A stretch of DNA of 64,000 nucleotides from Zootoca vivipara. Taxonomy: Eukaryota. Location of the stretch: positions 29,574,001 through 29,638,000 of the forward strand of contig NC_083288.1 in the NCBI RefSeq assembly GCF_963506605.1, in the 5' to 3' direction. The translations under genes were made by a program, and so were the position numbers. The notes under the pieces were generated by a model that had not been told where the DNA came from, made no database searches, and worked only from the letters and a program-made list of their open reading frames with translations. Below, piece after piece: positions 12,501-22,202 of the stretch; the first letter of the stretch is position 1; every line of letters begins with the position of its first letter.

Positions 12501-14006
12501 GTGAAGTCAAATGGGCCTTAGAAAGCACTGCTAATAACAAGGCCAGTGGAAGTGATGATATTCCAGCTGAACTATTTAAAATTTTAAAAGATGATGCTGT
12601 TAAGGTGCTACACCCAATATGCCAGCAAGTTTGGAAAACTCAGCAATGGCCAGAGGATTGGAGAAGATTAGTCTACATCCCAATTCCAAAGAAGGGCAGT
12701 GCCAAAGAATGCTCCAACTACCGCACAATTGCGCTCATTTCACACGCTAGCAAGGTTATGCTTAAAATTCTACAAGGCAGGCTTAGGCAGTATGTGGACC
12801 GAGAACTCCCAGAAGTGCAAGCTGGATTTCGAAAGGGCAGAGGAACCAGAGACCAAATAGCAAACATGCGCTGGATTATGGAGAAAGCTAGAGAGTTCCA
12901 GAAAAACGTCTACTTCTGCTTCATTGACTATGCAAAAGCCTTTGACTGTGTCGACCACAGCATACTATGGCAAGTTCTTAAAGAAATGGGAGTGCCTGAT
13001 CACCTCATCTGTCTCCTGAGAAATCTCTATGTGGGACAAGAAGCTACAGTTAGAACTGGATATGGAACAACTGAGTGGTTCAAAATTGGGAAAGGAGTAC
13101 GACAAGGTTGTATATTGTCTCCCTGCTTATTTAACTTATATGCAGAATTCATCATGCGAAAGGCTGGACTAGATGAATCCCAAGCCGGAATTAAGATTGC
13201 CGGAAGAAATATCAACAACCTCAGATATGCAGATGACACAACCTTGATGGCAGAAAGCGAGGAGGAATTAAAGAACCTTTTAATGAGGGTGAAAGAGGAG
13301 AGCGCAAAATATGGTCTGAAGCTCAACATCAAGAAAACCAAGATCATGGCCACTGGTCCCATCACCTCCTGGCAAATAGAAGGGGAAGAAATGGAGGCAG
13401 TGAGAGATTTTACTTTCTTGGGCTCCTTGATCACTGCAGATGGTGACAGCAGTCACGAAATTAAAAGACGCCTGCTTCTTGGGAGAAAAGCAATGACAAA
13501 CCTAGACAGCATCTTAAAAAGCAGAGACATCACCTTGCCGACAAAGGTCCGTATAGTTAAAGCTATGGTTTTCCCAGTAGTGATGTATGGAAGTGAGAGC
13601 TGGACCATAAAGAAGGCTGATCGCCGAAGAATTGATGCTTTTGAATTATGGTGCTGGAGGAGACTCTTGAGAGTCCCATGGACTGCAAGAAGATCAAACC
13701 TATCCATTCTTAAGGAAATCAGCCCTGAGTGCTCCCTGGAAGGACAGATCGTGAAGCTGAGGCTCCAATACTTTGGCCACCTCATGAGAAGAGAAGAATC
13801 CTTGGAAAAGACCCTGATGTTGGGAAAGATTGAGGGCACTAGGAGAAGGGGACGACAGAGGACAAGATGGTTGGACAGTGTTCTCGAAGCTACGAACATG
13901 AGTTTGACCAAATTGCGGGAGGCAGTGCAAGACAGGAGTGCCTGGCGTGCTCTGGTCCATGGGGTCACGAAGAGTCGGACACGACTAAACGACTAAACAA
14001 CAACAA
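12501..14006 (+). mobile_element. RTE-BovB LINE, 5'-truncated, with an open RT frame (12605-13996)
   Basis: [49 protein letters not shown]; (CAA)n tail; TSD caaagaaggaga at 12489-12500 and 14007-14018. Confidence 0.95.
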
Positions 14007-14688
14007 CAAAGAAGGAGACTCCACCACACTCCTTGGTAGCAAATTCCACTGCCGAACAGCTCTTACTGTCAGGAAGTTCTTCCTAATGTTTAGGTGGAAT
14101 CTTCTTTCTTGAAGTTTTAATCCATTGCTCCGTGTCCGCTTCTCTGGAGCAACAGAAAACAATCCTTCTCCTTCCTCCATATGACATCCTTTCATATATT
14201 TGAACATGGCTATCATATCACCCCTTAACCTTCTCTTCTCCAGGCTAAACATACCCAGCTCCCTAAGCCGTTCCTCATAAGGCATCGTTTCCAGGCCTTT
14301 TACCATTTTGGTTGCCCTCTTCTGGACACGTTCCAGCTTGTCAGTATCATTCTTGAACTGTGGTGCCCAGAACTGGACACAGTACTCCAGGTGAGGTCTG
14401 ACCAGAGCAGAATACAGTGGTACTATTACTTCCCTAGATCTAGATGCTATACTCCTATTGATGCAGCCCAGAATTGCATTGCCTTTTTTAGCTGCTGCAT
14501 CACACTGCTGACTCATGTCAAGTCTGTGGTCTACGAAGACTCCTAGATCCTTTTCACATGTACTGGTCTCAAGCCAGGTGTCTCCCATCCTGTATTTGTG
14601 CTTTTCATTTTTTTTTTGCCCAAGTGTAGTACTTTACATTTCTCCTTGTTAAAATTCATCTTGTTTGCTTTGGCCCAGTTGTCTAATC

Positions 14689-16063
14689 CAGGGGTTCCCA
14701 ACAAAATTTTCTCAAGGACCCCTCATCGAGCCGCTATTGTGACAAGGACCCCCATTAATTCCTAATCCTATTAATTCCTAATCCTATTAATTCCATTCTG
14801 ACACAGATGCATTGCAGGCAGGGGGTTGGGCTAGATGACCTCAGAGCCCTTTCAGTGATAGGCTGCTGACGACATGGGCCATGGGCCCGATCCAGCAGCT
14901 GGGATCTTCAATTTTGGCTGTTTAAGATAGTATCTTAAATCCATTCGGGGGCTCCCCTTCTTGCCCGCCTCTCTCTCTGTGCCTCCCTAACCCCCGTCTC
15001 TCTCTCTCTCTCCGCCCTCTCTTTGCAGGCTCCCATCCCCGCGTCGGCCTGCGGATGGCGCTCTTTTCGCAATGCCTGGAGCCCACGGGCTTCCTGCAGT
15101 TGCTGCGCTCCCTGGCGCTGGGCGCGGCGTCGCAGCTGCGGGGCTCGGCGACGGCGGAGGAGTCCGCCTTCGTCCGCCGCAAGCTGGCGCTGCTGGAGCG
15201 TGACCTGGCTGCCGGGCCGGGGTTGTCGCTGGACGGCGCGGACGAGCTGGGCGCGGGCGAGGACTGCGTGTCGGCCGCCTTCCAGCAGCTGGCTCTGGCG
15301 GTGCGCGCGGCTGGCACGGCATCGGCGGTGCGCGAGACCGAGCTCTTCGTGGCCGCGTGCGCGCGCGAGAAGCTGGAGCGGCGCCTGCTGGCTGCGTGGC
15401 GGCGCGTGCAGGGCTGCAGGGTGGCGGCGCAACGGCCCTTGCTGGCGCGTGCCGTCGAGGAGCACCGGCCACGGAGGCCTGAGATGGCGGGCGTGTGCCA
15501 GAAGCTGAACGCGCTGCTGGGCGCAGGGCTGCTGTGCCTGCTGTGCCAGGCGGGCCTCACCCAGCGCGACCCGGCGCTGCTGCTGGCCGTCTGGGAAGAG
15601 CGCGTGGGCGCCGTGCACCGGCACATGAAGGAGGCGCTGGCCGCCTGCGCCCGCTACTTCCTCGAGCAAGCGCAGGACAATGTCGGGCGGGCGCTGGCCG
15701 AGCTGCCCGCGGCGGTGCCCCCCGGGCCAGCCGAGCTGGCCTCCAGCGTCCTGCGCAAGCTGGAGCAGAACTACGACTGGCTGCGCTGGGCGGTGATGGC
15801 CTGGCAGGAGGGCGGAGACGGGGCGGGCGGTGAGGAGGTGCCGGCGCGGTCGCGGGGGAAAGGTTCGGCTCCCACGCAGCAGCGGCTGCGGTTTGCGTGG
15901 CTTTCTGCTTGTTTGGGGGCTGATTTGGCGGCGCTAGCACGTTCGCCGAGTTTAGGAGCTCCACGCCGCCATCTTGCCTTGTCGGAAGTCCCAGTCTTGC
16001 GGACCCCTCTCGCATAGCTCGCGGACCCCTGGGGGTCCGCGGACCACCAGTTGGGAAACACTG
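14689..16063. mobile_element. Non-autonomous hAT element carrying captured host DNA (Pack-type)
   Basis: TIR caggggttcccaa / ttgggaaacactg; 8-bp TSD gtctaatc (14681-14688, 16064-16071) splitting the CR1 ORF; termini shared with 26003-26461. Confidence 0.92.
15055..16017 (+). CDS. Captured rapunzel-like ORF (320 aa); the C-terminus is chimeric and runs into the transposon end
   Basis: Strong GC3 codon bias. The RPLL...M...C..L..L...GL..L...W..RV......M.E.L..C pattern and [12 protein letters not shown] resemble rapunzel-like proteins as recalled; not searched. Preceded by a (CT)n tttgcag acceptor at 15028. Confidence 0.7.
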   Translation: MALFSQCLEPTGFLQLLRSLALGAASQLRGSATAEESAFVRRKLALLERDLAAGPGLSLDGADELGAGEDCVSAAFQQLALAVRAAGTASAVRETELFVAACAREKLERRLLAAWRRVQGCRVAAQRPLLARAVEEHRPRRPEMAGVCQKLNALLGAGLLCLLCQAGLTQRDPALLLAVWEERVGAVHRHMKEALAACARYFLEQAQDNVGRALAELPAAVPPGPAELASSVLRKLEQNYDWLRWAVMAWQEGGDGAGGEEVPARSRGKGSAPTQQRLRFAWLSACLGADLAALARSPSLGAPRRHLALSEVPVLRTPLA

Positions 16064-17113
16064 GTCTAATCTGTTAAGGTCATTTTGAAGTGTGATCCTG
16101 TCCTCTGGGGTATTAGCCACCGCTCCCAATTTGGTGTCATCTGCAAACTTGCTCAGGATGCCCTCAAGCCCATCATCCAAGTCATTGATAAAGATGTTGA
16201 ATAAGACTGGGCCCAAGACAGAACCCTGTGGCACCCCACTAGTCACTACTCTCCAGGATGAGGAGGAGCCATTGATGAGCACCCTTTGGGTTCGGTCAGT
16301 CAGCCAGTTACAAATCCACTGAATGGTAGCATTGTCTAGCCCGCATTTTACCATCTTCTTTACAAGAATATCATGGGGCACCTTGTCAAAGGCCTTGCTG
16401 AAATCAAGATAGGCTACATCCACAGCGTTCCCTTCATCTAACAGGCTTGTAATTTTGTCAAAAAATGAGATCAGATTAGTCTGACATGACTTATTTTTCA
16501 GAAACCCATGCTGACTTTTAGTGATCACAGAGTTTCTTTCTAGGTGCTCACAGACTGTTTGCTTGATGATCTGCTCTAGAATCTTTCCTGGTATTGATGT
16601 CAGGCTTACTGGGCGGTAATTGTTTGGGTCCTCTTTTTTCCCCTTTTTGAAAATAGGGACAACATTTGCCCTCCTCCAGTCTGCTGGAACTTCGCCTGTT
16701 CTCCAGGAATTATCAAAGATTATTGCCAGTGGTACTGAAATCACCTCTGCCAGTTCTTTTAATACTCTTGGATGTAGTTCATCTGGCCCTGGAGACTTGA
16801 ATACATCTAAACTATTCTTGTACTACCTCCTTACTTGTTCTGGGCTGTGTTTCCCCTGCTGAATCATCTGCTCCATATTCTTCAGGTCGGGCATTGTTTT
16901 CTTTTTTGGAGAAGACTGAGGCTTCAAGCTGTTAAGGTATCCTGGACCTAAAGTTTTCCTTTAGATGAAGATTTATTATTACACTATTTTGTTCACTTCT
17001 TTTTTAAAAATCTGCATCCCACAAAAATCACATCCAAAGCAGTATTGGATAACAAATATTTGTTATCAGAAGAGGAATTAAATATATGCTTGTCTTCCTG
17101 TTTTCTTCTAGTG

Positions 17114-18100
17114 ATGAATGCAAATATTGTCAATGAATCCTCTGTCTCTGAATTTCTACTCCTAGAGTTTTCAGCTGTACGGGAACTGCAGATTCTACAC
17201 TTCTCCCCGTTCCTGGTATTGTACCTGGCAATTGTATTTGGGAATCTTCTCATCATCTCTGCTGTAGCCTTTGACCACCACCTTCACACTCCCATGTACT
17301 TCTTTCTGATGAACTTGGCCATACAGGACCTAGGGGCTGTTTCAGTCACCATCCCCAAATCCATGGCCAATTCTCTCATGAATATCAGACACATATCTTA
17401 TGCTGGATGCATTGCTCAAGTGCTTTCATTCTTTTTCTTTGCATCATCTGATGTCGCCCTTCTTACAGTCATGGCGTATGATCGCTATGTTGCCATTTGC
17501 AATCCCTTACAATATGAAATGGTGATGAACAAGGCAGCCTGCAAACAAATGGTTGTTGGTGTGTGGGTTGCTGGAATTTTCAATGCAGTCATGCACACTA
17601 GTGCAACTTTTGCAACCCCTTTCTGCTCAAACAATGTCAATCAGTTTTTCTGTGAGATCCCACAGTTACTTACACTTGCTTGCTCAAACTTCTACCTAAC
17701 GGAAATTGGAGCTATAGTGGTGAGTATAATACTTGTTTCTGGGTGTTTTGTCTTCATTGTTGTCACTTATGTACACATCTTTACTGTGGTTTTGAACGTT
17801 CCATCTCTTCAGGGAAGGAAAAAGGCCTTCTCCACTTGCATACCTCACCTTGTTGTCTTCTCCCTATTTTGTTTCACAGGATGTTTTGCTTACCTTAGGC
17901 CTCCTTCAAAAACTCCATCTGATGGTGACTTTGCAATAACTTTGATGTATACCATTGTACCACCCATGTTCAATCCAATAATTTACAGCATGAGAAATAA
18001 AGAGATTAAAAGTGCTGTATCAAAGCTCTTGGGTGTGAAGCACTCTTCTATGAATATCTTTTCCAGGCTTTTCCTGAAAAGGTTCCATTTCTCTCTGTAG
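17114..18100 (+). CDS. Olfactory receptor, family-14-like, intact (328 aa)
   Basis: All canonical OR motifs present; closest paralog is 54164-55153. Confidence 0.95.
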   Translation: MNANIVNESSVSEFLLLEFSAVRELQILHFSPFLVLYLAIVFGNLLIISAVAFDHHLHTPMYFFLMNLAIQDLGAVSVTIPKSMANSLMNIRHISYAGCIAQVLSFFFFASSDVALLTVMAYDRYVAICNPLQYEMVMNKAACKQMVVGVWVAGIFNAVMHTSATFATPFCSNNVNQFFCEIPQLLTLACSNFYLTEIGAIVVSIILVSGCFVFIVVTYVHIFTVVLNVPSLQGRKKAFSTCIPHLVVFSLFCFTGCFAYLRPPSKTPSDGDFAITLMYTIVPPMFNPIIYSMRNKEIKSAVSKLLGVKHSSMNIFSRLFLKRFHFSL

Positions 18101-18536
18101 GTATAAGCATAGCGATCTACAGAGATATTGCAACCAGTTCCAGCTTCTAGATAAATTTTGATATGCAGACTCAAAATCTGCCGGGTGTCACAATGACATC
18201 TTGTGTTCCTTCACCTTAGATGTACTATTAATAATTTTGCATCTCTGATCACACGGCTTGTAAATCATACATTTAGAGAGGGACTGTTTGTCATTTAGTG
18301 CATGCCTACCCTTTCTCTTGTCCCACTGCTTTCATCAGGCAATCAGCTTTTCTGTGGATTGTCATTTCTTTCTATTTGAAGCTAAAGAGTGGGTTTTCCT
18401 GGGAAATGGAGCAGTGAAAGCAGACCACTCACATCATTAGTTTCTAGCTATAGAAGAAGCAAAAGTGTGGATGAGCCCTTGTTTAGGAACCTGGGGTGAG
18501 AAAGACTTGTTCAGATTAGATTTAGGCAATAACTTT

Positions 18537-19106
18537 AGGTAAAGGTACTAAATAAAGGGACCCCTCACCATTAGGTCCAGTTGTGACCGACTCTGGGCTT
18601 GTGGCACTCATCACACGTTATTGGCCAAGGGAGCCGGCTTACAGCTTCCAGGTCATGTGGCCAGCATGACAAAGCCACTTCTGACGAACCAGAGCAGCAC
18701 ATGGAAACGCCGTTTACCTTCTTGCTGTAGAGGTACCTATTAATCTACTTGCAGTTTGATGTGCTTTCGAACTGCTAGGTTGGCAGGAGCTGAGACTGAG
18801 CAACGAGGGCTCACCCCGTTGTGGGGATTTGAACAACTGACCTTCTGATCAGCAAGCTCTAGGCCAGGCATCCCCAAACTGCGGCCCTCCATATGTTTTG
18901 GCCTACAACTCCCATGATCCCTAGCTATTAATCTATTTGCCTATTTAACCTATTAATCTATTTGCACTTTGATGTGCTTTCGAACTGCTAGGTTGGCAGG
19001 AGCTGAGACTGAGCAACAGGGGCTCACCCCGTCTCGGGGATTTGAACAACCGACCTTCTGATCAGCAAGCTCTAGGCTCTGAGGTTTAACCCACAGTGCC
19101 ACCTGT
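18537..19106 (-). mobile_element. Sauria-type SINE with an internal partial duplication
   Basis: ggtaaagg...gacccct...aggtccagt...gactctggg...gtcatgtggccagcatgac signature; unduplicated paralog at 59140-59495. Confidence 0.8.
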
Positions 19107-20239
19107 TTTGCAGGGCAACCCAATCTGCTTAGCTGAAGCTAAGGGAGAAACTTTAGAAGGGGCTGTGAGATTCTTGCTAGGCAGTGACACAAATATCCAA
19201 TTTAGTTGGAAATAGTCTGTCCTGAGACTAGTTTTAAACAAGAATGCTAACTGAGGCTTAAAAGTTCTCTCTAAAGAGTTTTTGCCTGAAACTATTGCAA
19301 CCCACATAAGTAACCTTTCTAAAATGAAGTGTTGTGCCTTAAGAGAGTGACTCTTAAGTTTGAATCCTCAATGAATGTAAATATATAAAAGTCTATCTTT
19401 GTAGCAGAAGTGCCTCCTCATTACTTTGAGCCTTTGGTGGGAGATAGGTGGACCCAGGGCATCCTTCTTATAAGCAGAACACCTGGCTGTTTTTTGTTTT
19501 TTTTACTGACAAAGAGTTAAAACACATGTCCCCAGTGATTTTTTACTGGGGAGTATTGTATCTTTTAGATACCCAGGAAATTTGTCCCAACCTTAGTGGT
19601 GAGTCTGACACAGTGGCCATGACATAATTTCACAAAATCTTTTTTAAAAACCACATCCTTTGGGAAAATATAAGACTGGAATTTCACAAAGGGTAAGTAA
19701 TTCCACAAAGGGGAATGGAGGTCAGCTTCCCAGAACTGATAGAGTTCATCCTATTTGTGAAAGTGTATGTGAATATAGAACCGTTGCTTAGAGCAAAAAC
19801 TTGCTATACTGTGGAATTCATTTAAAGATGACGCATAATATGCCAAACAAAAGACCTTCACATTGAACAGAGGTACCCTTATGTATTTTGAGGAATGGGC
19901 AAAGTGAACGATGTATATAAAATCTAAATAATATAGCCAAAAAGACCAGTGGCACATGTTCCTTGCAATGTTTCTAGAAGTACTCAAATGTATGTAATCT
20001 TTATGAATCTTTATGAATAAATGAAAAGAACTTCATGCTCTGTAGACATGGTATGCTAACATAGTGTAAAGATTTGAACACAATAGTTAGTCTGATTATG
20101 AAATGCCCATAGTTGCCTCAGAGAAGGCATAGGAACTGCTTTGATTGTTAAATTGTTAATTTATTTATTAGATTGTCAGTCACTATATTTTGCCAAGGGC
20201 AACCCAAGTCAGCATTGATACACATTAAATCCCACAAAA

Positions 20240-20460
20240 GCATGGACACTCTGGAGGCAGGTAGTATGTGCTACAAGGCCTCCCACCGACCCCAAAAGCA
20301 ACCATGCACAAATAGAAAAAAGAGGTGCTGGCCCTTCTATTTGAATGTCAAAAAAGTCCACACATTTATATATGGGAGACCAATATTAACAGAAGCAGAT
20401 CACAAATCCCTTGTCTACATTGCAAATGGTGGCTTCAAGGATACCCTTCCATCTTTTTTT
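20240..20460 (+). mobile_element. Degenerate Gypsy RNase H relic (copies at ~22060, 42480, 57760 (-), 61700)
   Basis: QIEKE...HTFIYGRPILTEADHKSLV resembles QIEKELLA...FHTYIYGR...TDHKPL. Confidence 0.65.
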
Positions 20461-20977
20461 CTTTCTTGTGGAACACTATGGTATTTCCTTAAAGTTATTG
20501 TTATTATTTTACTATTTGTTGGATTTAAATACCACCCTTCATCACAAGCTCTCATGGCAGTTCACAAAATAAACACCTGGGTGAAATTTAGAGCATTGAC
20601 CAAAACACAGCAGAAGGTAGGGAATGGAGCAGAGAACACTTAGCCAGTCATAACTCACACAACTCTCTGTACCATGAAAATAAATAAAAACAATGTTTTA
20701 AAAAGAAAGAAAGAAAGAAATGAGTCTGAGAAAGTCCAGTTGAAACCAGAAGGTTCCAGACAGACTTATGTAGCAACACAGTATTATTATTTTAAATATT
20801 ATATAGTGTGCTGTTTAGAAACGGTAATTATATTATATTATACACTTAACCTCATTTGCTGTTGCCATGGTAACAAAGTGCACCTGGCACCCTTATCTCA
20901 GAACATCTAGACATGGGGTATTTACACCTTAAGACAGGAGCCCAAGCACTGTGCAATTTTCCCTATTGTTCATATTA

Positions 20978-21410
20978 CAGTCATACCTTGGTTTAAGTAC
21001 GCTTTGGTTTGAGTACGTTCAGTTTAAGTACTCCGCGGACCCATCTGGAACGGATTAATCCACTTTCCATTACTTTCAATGGGAAAGTTTGCTTCAGGTT
21101 AAGTACACTTCAGGTTTAGTACGGACTTCTGGAACCAATTACACTCATACTTCAGATTACCGGTAAGTACGCTTCAGGTTGAGTAGTCCGCGGACCCGTC
21201 TGGAACGGATTAATCCACTTTCCATTACTTTCAACGGGAAAGTTCGCTTCAGGTTAAATACGCTTTAGTATAAGTACTCCACGGACCGTCTGGAATGGAT
21301 TAATCCACTTTCCATTACTTTCAATGGTAAAGTTTGCTTCAGGTTAAGTACGCTTCAGGTTAAGTACAGACTTCCGGAACCAATTGTGTACTTAAACCAA
21401 GGTACCACTG
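20978..21410. mobile_element. pogo/Tigger-like MITE with internal tandem repeats
   Basis: cagt..taccttggtttaagtac TIRs; TA TSD; shorter paralog at 56886-57222. Confidence 0.8.
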
Positions 21411-21461
21411 TATACCCACAAGACTATATATCACATTTTTAAAGGAAAACACTAAGATATA

Positions 21462-21980
21462 TGTCAGGGTTGAGACAGACGAGGAGGAGTGGTGACTAGC
21501 TCCCCCTGACAAGCCCCACAGAGGCAAGCCCCCACAGAGGAATCTGAGGAATTCACACTTGGGGAAGACTGGTGGAGGCACTCATCGGAAGAAGAGCAAT
21601 CTGACAGGGAGGAGGGAAGATCAGAACTGCAGCAACAAGTCGATCCAGAACCAGGCCCCAGTGAAGCAGGTTATCAGATAGCCCCTCCCCCCTCCCTTCT
21701 CTGCAAAGGAACGCAGAGCTGAAAAACGCCAGCTGCAATTAGAAACAGCTGCAGCTCATAAAAGCGGGGGAGGGAACCTGCTACTTAAGAGAGAGGTCGG
21801 CTGGCCACTCCTCAGTGTTTGCAACGTCGTACTGAAGTGCCTAGTTGCCTCGCTCATCTTGTCCTTGGTTCCTGTTGACGTAACCAACTGACTTCAACTG
21901 GCTCTGACCAGACTGTTGACCTTGGCTTATCCGACCCTGTCTGCTGCTCTTCAGTGTGCCTACTTGCTGGCACCCTAACA
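21462..21980. mobile_element. Solo LTR (probably Gypsy)
   Basis: tgtcaggg...ccctaaca (TG..CA with short inverted ends); 5-bp TSD atata; absent from the paralog near 56850. Confidence 0.8.
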
Positions 21981-22202
21981 ATATATACTGTATATGAAAT
22001 CCTTACTTGGGGTAGTACTATCACAGAATGTGATTAATGACTACAGAAATTTTTAGAAAATTATCAGGTCACAAATAGAAAAAGAGGTGCTGAATATAAA
22101 ACAATTGACACTTTTCTATATGTGAGACCAATATTAGCAGAACAGATCACAAACTCTTAGTCACCATTGCAAGCAAGGCCCTCAAGAATACTACAGATAT
22201 CC

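Larger units (their letters stand above)
12356..16922 (-). mobile_element. CR1 LINE, 5'-truncated, interrupted by BovB and a hAT element
   Basis: (tagaatca)n is the reverse complement of the ATTCTATG tail; RT motifs [52 protein letters not shown]; empty site at ~53768. Confidence 0.95.

Noticed and set aside
14922-15833. Several overlapping Arg/Ala/Pro-rich ORFs
   Set aside because: Shadow frames of the GC-rich rapunzel-like ORF.
15557-16744. 395-aa ORF that looks like an RT fused to a novel domain
   Set aside because: It is the CR1 RT frame reading by chance into the GC-rich hAT insert, and the CR1 is 5'-truncated.
20990-21400. Interspersed direct repeats that superficially resemble a CRISPR array
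   Set aside because: Eukaryotic context, no unique spacers, and bounded by TIRs and a TA TSD: a MITE.
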